DNA from: a virus
Lineage: Duplodnaviria; Caudoviricetes
Length of the DNA: 38,122 nt
Virus record (IMG/VR): IMGVR_UViG_3300016654_000295
Span: 1-38,122 of that record
Reading direction: 5' to 3' (one strand)
Positions 16,331 through 24,882 of the stretch are shown here, piece after piece. The position numbers were made by a program, and so were the translations under genes. The notes under the pieces are model-generated. The model searched no databases. It was not told the DNA's origin and saw only the letters and a list, made by a program, of their open reading frames with translations. The first letter of the stretch is position 1; every line of letters begins with the position of its first letter.

Positions 16331-17602
16331 ATGTTCTTTTCAAGCGTGCTCGGCGAAGGGCGCGGCAACCTCACGGAAACGGGGGGCGGCTTCTGGCGCG
16401 GTCTGATCGGCAGTGGCCGCAACAGCTCCGGCGTAAAGGTCACGCCGGAATCGGCGCTGGGCCTGCCAATCCTGCAGAACTGCGTCACGCTGCTTGCCGA
16501 AACCATGGGGCAGTTGCCCTGTGAGATGTACAAGCGCATGGACAAGGGCCAGCGTGAGCCGGCGATCAACCATCCTGCGTATGACGTGCTTCGGTACCAG
16601 CCGAACGGCTTCCAGACTCCGTATGAGTTCATGGAGTGCATGCAAGGTGCCGCCGGCTTGCGGGGCAACGGTTACTGCTTCATCGACCGTCGTGAAGACG
16701 GGAACGTCGTGGCGCTTTGGCCGCTGTGCAATGACAAGGTGCAGGTGCTCAAGGGCGGCGACATGCTGCCGTACTACCGGATCGCTGGCGGAGAAGCGCT
16801 ACCGATGCGCATGATTCACCACGTGCGGTGGTTCAGCACAAACCACTACGTGGGGCTGTCGCCGATTGAGGTGCATGCCGAATCGTTGGGGCTGGCCCAG
16901 GCTGTCAGGCAGTACACGGGCAAGAGCTTCGCCAACGGTGTGACGGTCTCCGGTGTGATTGAACGACCACGTGAAGCTCCCGCGATCAAGGATCAGGGCA
17001 GCATTGATAAAATCGTTGACCAGTGGGGCCAGAAGTTCGGCGGCATGGATAACGCCAAGAAGGTGGCCTTGTTGCAAGAGGGCATGACCTTCAAGCCCGT
17101 GTCCATGAACAACGTCGATGCCGAGGTGCTGGGGATTCTCAAAACCACCGGTACCGATATCGCCCGGATCTACAAGATCCCGTTGCCCATGGTCAACGAC
17201 CTGGAGAAGTCCAACTACAACACCCTTGAGCAACTGATGATTCAGTTTGTGGTGTTTGCGCTGTTGCCCTGGGTCAAGCGTCATGAGCAGTCAATGATGC
17301 GTGACTTCCTGCTGCCCGGTGACCGACGCAACTACTTCATCGAGTTCAACCTGTCTGGGTTGCTGCGTGGTGATCAGAAGAGCCGTTATGAAGCCTATGC
17401 CATTGGACGGCAGTGGGGCTGGCTCAGTGTCAATGACATTCGACGGCTGGAGAACATGCCGCCGGTACCGGGCGGTGAGATCTACCTGCAACCACTTAAC
17501 ATGGTTGATGCAGGCAAGGGGGGTGCCGACCTGACCAACCCCGCCGTGCGCGCGCATCTCGAAATGCAGCACGCTGAAATTGAGAGGATTCTGGCGCAAT
17601 GA
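16331..17602 (+). CDS. Portal protein, HK97 family
   Basis: PNGFQT, GLSPI, IARIYKIP, SVNDIRRLENMPP; GGAGG RBS. Confidence 0.95.
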   Translation: MFFSSVLGEGRGNLTETGGGFWRGLIGSGRNSSGVKVTPESALGLPILQNCVTLLAETMGQLPCEMYKRMDKGQREPAINHPAYDVLRYQPNGFQTPYEFMECMQGAAGLRGNGYCFIDRREDGNVVALWPLCNDKVQVLKGGDMLPYYRIAGGEALPMRMIHHVRWFSTNHYVGLSPIEVHAESLGLAQAVRQYTGKSFANGVTVSGVIERPREAPAIKDQGSIDKIVDQWGQKFGGMDNAKKVALLQEGMTFKPVSMNNVDAEVLGILKTTGTDIARIYKIPLPMVNDLEKSNYNTLEQLMIQFVVFALLPWVKRHEQSMMRDFLLPGDRRNYFIEFNLSGLLRGDQKSRYEAYAIGRQWGWLSVNDIRRLENMPPVPGGEIYLQPLNMVDAGKGGADLTNPAVRAHLEMQHAEIERILAQ

Positions 17603-18543
17603 AAAACTACCTGCGAGCCTCCAGCCTGCTGTTCAATCAGCCGCTGTTGGTTATGCCTGATATGTTGGACCTCGGCGTACGCTGGGCCAACCAGGTGATG
17701 AGCTTGAACATCGTCAACATCGGCGCCCCGGGTGCTGCCGGCCTCTGGTCGGATGACGGTATGGACCGCATCGCCCAGCGCGAAGAAGAGCGCCGCACTG
17801 CGATTGCCCGCACCGGTATCGAGGTGATTCCGGTCAGCGGTGTGTTGGTGAGTCGCGGCAGCCATATCGGCATGTGCGAGACGATGACCAGCTATGAGCA
17901 ACTGCGGGCGCAGATCCGAAACGCCATTGCTGACCCAATGGTCGAGCGCATCGTGCTGGACATCGATAGCCCAGGCGGTTCTGCCGTTGGCGCTTTTGAG
18001 CTGGCGGCAGATATCCGGGCAATGGCCCAGCTGAAGCCCATCACCGGTATCGTCAACTTCATGGCTTACAGCGGCGGCTACCTACTCGGTTCGGCCTGTA
18101 GCGAGCTGGTAGTGAGCCAGACGAGTGGCGTTGGCTCCATCGGCGTCATCGCCAGCCATATGGACCGCTCCAAGATGGAAGAGGGCATGGGCGTCAAGGT
18201 AACCACGGTGTTTGCCGGTGCCCACAAAAACGACCTTAGCCCTCACGAACCCTTGAGTGATCAGTCGCTTAAGTACCTCAACGACGTTGTGCAAGAGAGC
18301 TATCAGCTCTTCGTCAATGCCGTTGCTGAGTACCGGGGGTTGTCTGTACAGCAAGTGATGGCGACTGAGGCGGGGTTGTATCGCGGGCAGGCGGGCATCA
18401 GTGCCGGCTTGGCCGACCGCATGCAGAGCCCGCAACAGGCTGTTGATGACCTCTCCCATTCCGTTGCGGTAAGTCGGGCGAACCGCCAGGGCAGCCGTAT
18501 CGCCGTTCGTGCTTCTGCACTGAATCTTCAAACACTGATCTGA
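17599..18543 (+). CDS. Prohead protease, S49 family
   Basis: LDIDSPGGS, AYSGGY, VGSIGV. Confidence 0.9.
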   Translation: MKNYLRASSLLFNQPLLVMPDMLDLGVRWANQVMSLNIVNIGAPGAAGLWSDDGMDRIAQREEERRTAIARTGIEVIPVSGVLVSRGSHIGMCETMTSYEQLRAQIRNAIADPMVERIVLDIDSPGGSAVGAFELAADIRAMAQLKPITGIVNFMAYSGGYLLGSACSELVVSQTSGVGSIGVIASHMDRSKMEEGMGVKVTTVFAGAHKNDLSPHEPLSDQSLKYLNDVVQESYQLFVNAVAEYRGLSVQQVMATEAGLYRGQAGISAGLADRMQSPQQAVDDLSHSVAVSRANRQGSRIAVRASALNLQTLI

Positions 18544-18565
18544 CCGCGTTCGCGGCAGTCGTCGA

Positions 18566-18588
18566 AGCCCGCCCTGTGCGGGTTTTTT
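18566..18588 (+). terminator. Intrinsic terminator-like hairpin before capsid gene
   Basis: AGCCCGC-CCTGT-GCGGGTT plus T run. Confidence 0.6.
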
Positions 18589-18605
18589 AATGCCCAGGAG
18601 GCACC

Positions 18606-19916
18606 ATGTCCCTTGTACTTCAAATGCGTAGCGAACGCGCCCAACTGGTGACCCAGGTCCAGGCCCTTGCCCAGATCGAGGCCGGTGGCGCTAGTCTTAC
18701 CGTCGAGCAGCTCGCGCAGTTTGCGCAGCTGGAAACCCAGATCAACGAAATGACCGCGAAGATCACTCGCGCCGAGAGCGCCGAGCGAATCGCGGCAGCA
18801 GCTGCGGTGCCTGTCGAGGAAAGCGCGCAGGGTAACAAAGGCTCCCCCACCCATATCAGCACTCATAGCGAGCCGACCAAACCGGGTGTCGCGATGGCGC
18901 AAATGGTGCGCCTGATGGTCCAGGCCGGCGGCAATCAGCAGGTCGCAGCTGAAATGGCCAAGACGGGCGGTTACGGCGCCGATGTGCATATGGCGCTTTC
19001 CACTGTTACCCCGGGTTCCGGCGGTGTGCTGGTTCCGGAGAATTTCAGCACCAGCGTCATTGAATCGCTGCGCCCTAAGTCCGTGGTGCGCAAGATGGGC
19101 GCCATCAGCCTGCCCTTGAACAACGGCAACCTGACCATGCCCCGCGTGCTGGGCAACACTCAGGTGACCTACCTGGGCACCGAGGAAGACATTGCGATCA
19201 CCGATATGCAGTTCGGTGACCTCAAGCTGTCCGCCAAGAAGGCGGCTGCGATCGTGCCAATCTCCAATGACCTGTTGGCGTATGCGGGCGTTAACCCGCG
19301 CATCGACTCCCAGGTCAGCAGCGATCTGGCGGTCAGCATGGGTCTGTCGGAAGATCTTCACTTCATCCGTGGTGCTGGTACCGGCTCGTTGCCGAAGGGC
19401 CTACGCTACTGGGCCCTGCCTGGCAATGTGATGGGTGCGCCTGCTGGTGCAACGCTTGCCATCGTTGACCTGTACCTAGGCGGCATGATGCTTCGCCTTG
19501 AAGGCGCCAACGTGGATCTGGCTGGTTGTGGCTGGATCATGGCGCCACGCACCATCCGTTGGCTGCAATCGCTGCGCGACGGCAACGGCAACAAGGCTTA
19601 CCCAGAAATCGACGGCGGTATGTTGAAGGGCTATCCAGTGGCACTGACCACTCAAGTGCCGGTCAACCTGGGCGCCGGCGGTAACGAGTCGGAGATTTAC
19701 TTCGTGAACTTCGCCGATTGCTACATCGGTGAAGACACCACACTGGCGATTGCGATCAGCACCGAAGCTTCCTACAAGGACGGCGCAGGTAACACCGTCA
19801 GCGCGTTCCAGCGTGATCAGACCCTGATCCGCGTGATCAGCAAGCACGATTTCGGCCCGCGTCACGTCGAGTCGATTTCCGTAGGCACCGGTATTACTTG
19901 GGGTGCCGGTATGTAA
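18606..19916 (+). CDS. Major capsid protein, HK97 fold
   Basis: Coiled-coil delta domain, GGVLVPE, LRDGNG, LKGYPV, SAFQRDQT. Confidence 0.95.
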   Translation: MSLVLQMRSERAQLVTQVQALAQIEAGGASLTVEQLAQFAQLETQINEMTAKITRAESAERIAAAAAVPVEESAQGNKGSPTHISTHSEPTKPGVAMAQMVRLMVQAGGNQQVAAEMAKTGGYGADVHMALSTVTPGSGGVLVPENFSTSVIESLRPKSVVRKMGAISLPLNNGNLTMPRVLGNTQVTYLGTEEDIAITDMQFGDLKLSAKKAAAIVPISNDLLAYAGVNPRIDSQVSSDLAVSMGLSEDLHFIRGAGTGSLPKGLRYWALPGNVMGAPAGATLAIVDLYLGGMMLRLEGANVDLAGCGWIMAPRTIRWLQSLRDGNGNKAYPEIDGGMLKGYPVALTTQVPVNLGAGGNESEIYFVNFADCYIGEDTTLAIAISTEASYKDGAGNTVSAFQRDQTLIRVISKHDFGPRHVESISVGTGITWGAGM

Positions 19917-19965
19917 TTCCCTGGCCCTGCCTTTGGTGGGGCCAACTACTTGAGCAGGTAAGAAT

Positions 19966-20295
19966 ATGACCGATATGAAAATCGTCACCTTCAAGAAGGA
20001 ATGGCGAGGCTACGCGATCGGGGAAACCGCCGGCTTTGATCCTGCTGCTGCGGATGCTCTGATCGACGCGGGCCGTGCAAGACTTTATGTGGAAAAAGCG
20101 TCCACTGAAAAGGTAGTCACACCGCCTGCCGGCAAGAAGGGTGCCGGCAAAAAGAATTCGGCCCAAAAGCCCGCTGATCAGCAGCCAGTAAATCCGCCGG
20201 AAGAAGAGCCGCCAGAGCAAACACCGCCGGAAAATCCGCAGGAAGAGCTGGAGGAAGAGGAAGAGGAAGTCGAAGATCTCGACGAGAAGCCATAA
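19966..20295 (+). CDS. Hypothetical virion-associated protein with basic linker and acidic tail
   Basis: GETAGF...ADALIDAGRA pattern typical of post-capsid genes. Confidence 0.7.
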   Translation: MTDMKIVTFKKEWRGYAIGETAGFDPAAADALIDAGRARLYVEKASTEKVVTPPAGKKGAGKKNSAQKPADQQPVNPPEEEPPEQTPPENPQEELEEEEEEVEDLDEKP

Positions 20296-20298
20296 GTC

Positions 20299-20850
20299 AT
20301 GGCCCGTCGAATTGAGTACTTCGGTGATCCGGTCCTGACGCTTGAACAAGTGGCGTTCCAGTGTCGTGTTGAGCCGGAGGACATGGCGCCGGAGCTGATC
20401 GAACAAATCATCATTCCCGGCGTCACCGCTCAGTGCGAGTCAAAAACGGGCGCTGCCATCCGGGGTGCTGTTTATGAGGAAGAGTGGCCAGCGGATCGGC
20501 AGAGCGGGCATGCGCTCGATGTAGGCCAGGCGAGCGATGTTGTCACGGTGTTCTCCCAGCAGGCCGATGGAAGCTGGGTAGAGCAGGTCGGGCCCTTTGA
20601 CCTGCGCCAGGACCAGCGGGAAAGCTTCCTGCACTTCCCCGCAGTTCGACCTGCGGGCCGGCTCCGCATCCGCTACAGGGCTGGGTTAGATATTGACCTT
20701 CACCCCGGCGTGCGCAATTGGCTGTTGATGGCAGCTGCGACAATTTATCGGTACCCGGAAGTGTTCCTTGTGGGGCACACGCTGGCCGAGTTGCCATCAA
20801 CGTTCCTTGATCATCTGGTGGCAGAGATCACAGTGCCGCCGAGGTTCTGA
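20299..20850 (+). CDS. Head-tail connector (gp6-like)
   Basis: PVLTLEQVAFQCRV, WLLMAAATIYRYPE; synteny. Confidence 0.8.
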   Translation: MARRIEYFGDPVLTLEQVAFQCRVEPEDMAPELIEQIIIPGVTAQCESKTGAAIRGAVYEEEWPADRQSGHALDVGQASDVVTVFSQQADGSWVEQVGPFDLRQDQRESFLHFPAVRPAGRLRIRYRAGLDIDLHPGVRNWLLMAAATIYRYPEVFLVGHTLAELPSTFLDHLVAEITVPPRF

Positions 20851-20852
20851 CT

Positions 20853-21215
20853 ATGGCAATGCTTGAACCCAGTGCCGGCGAGCTGGACCGGCGGATCACG
20901 CTGCGGTTGCGGTCTGACATCCCGGCGTCGGATCTGGGGCTCGACTCACTGTTCACCGATCAGAAAAAACGGTGGGCAAAAATCGAGCCGGTCGGGGCTG
21001 CGGTCTACGCCAACGGAGTTCAGACCGATGTGAAGATCACCCACCGTGTAACCCTTTACTACCTCAAAGGCATGAGCGATGCACATGAGGTCGTGCACGG
21101 TGGTTCGATTTACCGGGTGCGTCGGGTCGCCGATATGAACGGTGGTCACCGCTTCACGTTGCTGGAGGTCGAAGAGCTGGGCGCGGTCCAGGCGGGAGGC
21201 AGTATCTATGGCTAA
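20853..21215 (+). CDS. Head closure / head-tail adaptor
   Basis: AGELDRRITL, WAKIEP, THRVTL. Confidence 0.85.
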   Translation: MAMLEPSAGELDRRITLRLRSDIPASDLGLDSLFTDQKKRWAKIEPVGAAVYANGVQTDVKITHRVTLYYLKGMSDAHEVVHGGSIYRVRRVADMNGGHRFTLLEVEELGAVQAGGSIYG

Positions 21216-21729
21216 CTCAGTTGGCGTTGACGGTTACATTCATATTGAGGGCTTCGAAAAGTTCGAACGCGAAGCCTTCGACAAGAAGAAAATCCGTGCA
21301 GCCATGCGCAAGGCCGGCAAGCTGGTGCGGCAACGGGCGCAGATGAACATCGCCCTGGCCCGGGGCCAAGACAGCTACCCCTTGAATCGAACCGGCGAAT
21401 TGCTGGGTTCGATCAACTTCAAGGTGTCCCGCTCCGGTTTCATGGTCAAGGTCGCGCCGTACAAGACCGGCGCCATGAAAGATTATTACCCGGCGTATCT
21501 GCACTACGGTGTGCGCCAGGGCAGCCGTATCAAGAAGTTGGCACCGGGAGAAGGGCGCGGCAAAAGCAACCGTCGTCGAAGTGGTGCTCGGGCGGCGTTG
21601 GTCGCAGAGCGCAAGAGCAAAGGATGGCGGATCGAACCACGAGCCAACTACATGAGCGATGCCCTGCAGGATTCCGGCACGGATGTTCGAGCAATCTTGA
21701 GCCGGGCCTTTGCGGATGCTCTCGGGTAG
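21208..21729 (+). CDS. Neck protein (HK97 gp10-like)
   Basis: RTGELLGSI, YLHYG, PRANYMSDAL; synteny. Confidence 0.75.
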   Translation: MANSVGVDGYIHIEGFEKFEREAFDKKKIRAAMRKAGKLVRQRAQMNIALARGQDSYPLNRTGELLGSINFKVSRSGFMVKVAPYKTGAMKDYYPAYLHYGVRQGSRIKKLAPGEGRGKSNRRRSGARAALVAERKSKGWRIEPRANYMSDALQDSGTDVRAILSRAFADALG

Positions 21730-21785
21730 GGAACTCAACCCAATAGATAGGCCGCCCAGACGGCTCTCTAAACCTGGACTTTTCT

Positions 21786-22376
21786 ATGCGAGTTACCCCA
21801 ATCGTTGCACAGCTGAGGCAGTACTGCCCAGGTTTTGCTGGGCGGGTTGCGGGCGGCATTGATTTCGAGGCCGTGGCGGCAAGCGCCAAGCTCAGTCGGC
21901 CTTCTGCCTACGTGATTCCCATCGGCGATAAGGCGGGTGCGAACACGATCCAAACCGGCGTCCAGCAGGATATCAGCGACAAGTTCGACGTGGTGCTAGT
22001 CCTCGACACCCAGGACGAACGCGGCCAGGAAGCTGCCGACCTGGTGCACGTTTTCCGCGCCGAGTTATGGCGCGCGCTGATCGGCTGGAAGCCTGGGCCG
22101 GAATACGACCTGATCGAGTACGAAGGCGGTGAGCTGATCTCGATCAACCGCAACCGCACGATCTACCGGTTTACGTTCGCCTCTGACTTCCAGCTGGGTC
22201 GCAACACGTCGGCAGAGCCCGCCGAGACCTGGCACGAGTATGAGCTTGACGGTTTGCCACCGTTCACCGGCATGACTATCAACATGGACTGCATCGACCC
22301 GGCAGACCCCAACTTGCAATCCCCCGGCCCGGATGGGCGTATCGAAGCGAAATTCTCAGGAGACGTAACACCATGA
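21786..22376 (+). CDS. Tail terminator-like protein
   Basis: PSAYVIP, RAELWRALIGW; position before sheath. Confidence 0.7.
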   Translation: MRVTPIVAQLRQYCPGFAGRVAGGIDFEAVAASAKLSRPSAYVIPIGDKAGANTIQTGVQQDISDKFDVVLVLDTQDERGQEAADLVHVFRAELWRALIGWKPGPEYDLIEYEGGELISINRNRTIYRFTFASDFQLGRNTSAEPAETWHEYELDGLPPFTGMTINMDCIDPADPNLQSPGPDGRIEAKFSGDVTP

Positions 22377-22555
22377 CCAAGCGTATCACCGTGGTGCCGG
22401 CCGTTGGCCGGGCCGTACCTGATCCTGAGGCGGGCGACCTGTTGCCGGCTGCGGGTCGGGAAGTTCAAGACAACGCCTGGTGGCGCCGCCGGCTGGCGGA
22501 TGGCGACGTGACAACCAAGGCCGCGAAGGCGGCGAAACAAGAGGGGGCACAATAA
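22373..22555 (+). CDS. DUF2635 family protein
   Basis: GRAVPDP...WWRRRLADGDV. Confidence 0.85.
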   Translation: MTKRITVVPAVGRAVPDPEAGDLLPAAGREVQDNAWWRRRLADGDVTTKAAKAAKQEGAQ

Positions 22556-24051
22556 TGTCCATCGGATTCAGCAACATCCCGGCAGACCTGCGCGTGCCGC
22601 TGTTTTACGCGGAGATGGACAACTCGGCCGCCAACAGCGCGTCGTCGACCATGCGCCGGTTGATCGTCGGCCAGGTCAACGACAATGCCACCAGCGACGA
22701 TATTGGCTCTTTGGTGCTGGTGCCCAGTGTGGCGCTTGCCAAGACTATTGGCGGTCAAGGTTCGATGCTGGCTGCCATGTACGAGGCATGGCGCAAGACC
22801 GACCCGGTGGGTGAGGTCTGGTGTCTGCCACTGCTGGCAACCGTGGGTGCGGTATCCAGCGCGACCGTTACCCTAACCGGTGTTGCCACAGAGGCGGGTT
22901 TGCTGAACCTGTACGTCGGCGGTGTGCGTGTGCAGGCCACCGTGGTGGGCGCGGCAACCGCTGCGCAGGCAGCCTCAGCGCTCGCTGTGCGCATCAATGC
23001 CACGCCAGACTTGCCGGTGACTGCCGCTGCGGTAGAAGCCGTTGTCACGCTCACCTGCAAATGGAAGGGGGAGAGCGGTAACGACATCAGCCTGCAGCTC
23101 AACCGGCTGGGTAAGACCAATGGTGAGGTTCTCCCGGCCGGGCTGACCGCCACGGTCACTGTAATGGCTGGCGGCGTTGGAGCACCTGACCAGGTGGACG
23201 CTCTGGCCGCCCTGGGTGATGAGCCCTTCGAATTCATCTGCATGCCCTGGTCCGACACCACCAGCCTCAACGCCTGGAAGGCCGCAATGGACGACAGCGT
23301 GGGCCGCTGGAGCTGGGCTAAACAGTTGTTCGGCCACGTATACAACGCCAAGCGCGGCACCCTCGGTACTCTGGTCGCGGCGGGCATGGCTCGCAATGAT
23401 CAACACATGACCATCCAGGCTATGGAGGTGGGCGTACCGCAACCGTTTTGGGTGCAGGCCGCATCACTGGCCGCTCGGACATCAGTGTTTATCTCGGCCG
23501 ATGCCAGCCGGCCAACGCAAAGCGGGAGTTTGCCGGGGCTGGATCCGGCCCCGGCCAGCGAGCGGTTTACCCTGACCGAGCGCCAATCGCTGCTCAGCTA
23601 TGGCATTGCAACGGCTTACTTTGAGGGCGGTTATGTGCGCATTCAGCGTGCGATCACCACCTACCAGAAGAACGCTTACGGCCAGCCGGACAACTCCTAC
23701 CTGGACAGCGAGACGATGCACCAATCGGCGTTCATCATCCGCCGGCTGCAAGGTGTGATCACCAGCAAGTACGGGCGCCACAAGCTTGCCAACGACGGCA
23801 CCCGCTTCGGCGCCGGCGCGCCCATCGTGACGCCGAGCACAATCCGGGGTGAACTGATCGCCCAGTACGCCAAGCTGGAGTTGGAAGGCCACGTCGAAAA
23901 CGCTGAGCTGTTCGCCCAACACTTGATCGTTGAGCGCGACGGCAACGACCCGAGCCGGGTCAACGTGCTGTTCCCGCCGGACTATATCAACGGTCTGCGC
24001 GTCTTCGCGTTGCTCAACCAGTTCCGCCTGCAGTACGACGCTGCGGCTTAA
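22555..24051 (+). CDS. Contractile tail sheath (Mu gpL-like)
   Basis: RVPLFYAEMDNSAAN, GQGSMLAAM, RAITTYQKN, DYINGLRVFA. Confidence 0.95.
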   Translation: MSIGFSNIPADLRVPLFYAEMDNSAANSASSTMRRLIVGQVNDNATSDDIGSLVLVPSVALAKTIGGQGSMLAAMYEAWRKTDPVGEVWCLPLLATVGAVSSATVTLTGVATEAGLLNLYVGGVRVQATVVGAATAAQAASALAVRINATPDLPVTAAAVEAVVTLTCKWKGESGNDISLQLNRLGKTNGEVLPAGLTATVTVMAGGVGAPDQVDALAALGDEPFEFICMPWSDTTSLNAWKAAMDDSVGRWSWAKQLFGHVYNAKRGTLGTLVAAGMARNDQHMTIQAMEVGVPQPFWVQAASLAARTSVFISADASRPTQSGSLPGLDPAPASERFTLTERQSLLSYGIATAYFEGGYVRIQRAITTYQKNAYGQPDNSYLDSETMHQSAFIIRRLQGVITSKYGRHKLANDGTRFGAGAPIVTPSTIRGELIAQYAKLELEGHVENAELFAQHLIVERDGNDPSRVNVLFPPDYINGLRVFALLNQFRLQYDAAA

Positions 24052-24070
24052 CGTCGACCTTGAACACCCA

Positions 24071-24093
24071 GCCCGCCACGCGCGGGCATTTTT
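24071..24093 (+). terminator. Terminator-like hairpin between sheath and tube
   Basis: GCCCGC-CACGC-GCGGGC-ATTTTT. Confidence 0.5.
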
Positions 24094-24110
24094 ATGCGCG
24101 GAGATAAACC

Positions 24111-24458
24111 ATGGGGCAAAAAGTAGCGGGCACGGCCTACGTCAAAGTAGACGGTTCCCAGTTGACGATCACCGGCGGCTGCGAAGCGCCGTTGATGGAG
24201 GTCAAGCGCGAGACGGTGGTACCGGGCTTCTACAAGGAAGAAGACTTGGCGCCGTGGGTCAAGGTCACTGCGGTGCATACCTCTGACCTGGACATCAAGA
24301 AACTGGTCAATGGTACGGACATGACGGTGACTGTCGAGTTCAAGAACGGCAAGGTCTACGTGTTGGCTGGCGCCTACCTCGTCGACGAGCCTAGTTCCAA
24401 GGGTGACGACGGCACCATTGAGCTGCAATTTGATGGCATCAAGGGGACTTGGCAATGA
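24111..24458 (+). CDS. Tail tube protein (Mu gpM-like)
   Basis: KVAGTAYVKVDG, NGKVYVLAGA; follows sheath. Confidence 0.9.
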   Translation: MGQKVAGTAYVKVDGSQLTITGGCEAPLMEVKRETVVPGFYKEEDLAPWVKVTAVHTSDLDIKKLVNGTDMTVTVEFKNGKVYVLAGAYLVDEPSSKGDDGTIELQFDGIKGTWQ

Positions 24459-24751
24459 GTGATCCAATCAAGCTGGAGCAGCCTATTGAGGCTCATGGCG
24501 AGCAGCTCACCGAGCTGACTTTGCGTCGACCTACGGTGCAGGAAGTCAGGGCAATCAAGGCGATGCCTTACAAGCTCGACAAGAATGAAGATGTTTCCTT
24601 GGACATGGATGTTGTTGCCAAATACATCGCGGTTTGTGCGGGTATTCCACCGTCGTCGGTCAACCAACTGGACCTCTCAGACCTCAACTCTTTGGCTTGG
24701 GTGGTCTTTAGTTTTTTCACGACGTCGGCGTCACCTCAGCCGAAGACCTGA
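24455..24751 (+). CDS. Tail assembly chaperone
   Basis: LEQPIEAHGE...LRRPT...LDLSD; position before tape measure. Confidence 0.85.
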   Translation: MSDPIKLEQPIEAHGEQLTELTLRRPTVQEVRAIKAMPYKLDKNEDVSLDMDVVAKYIAVCAGIPPSSVNQLDLSDLNSLAWVVFSFFTTSASPQPKT

Positions 24752-24882
24752 TAGCCGTTAGTTACGACCTGGCCTGGTACTGGAGGGTCGACCCCGAACA
24801 GATGATGTCCAGATCGCTGGACCTCATCATCGAGTCGCAGGACCAGGCGCTGCGCATAAACGCATACCGGCAGGAACAATAA
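24712..24882 (+). other. -1 frameshift site and extended chaperone frame
   Basis: T TTT TTC at 24712-24718; -1 frame open to TAA at 24880-24882, overlapping the tape measure ATG. Confidence 0.8.

Noticed and set aside
17845-17852. Extra TTGGTGAG copy in the protease gene
   Set aside because: Short, coding, no enclosing hairpin; expected by chance
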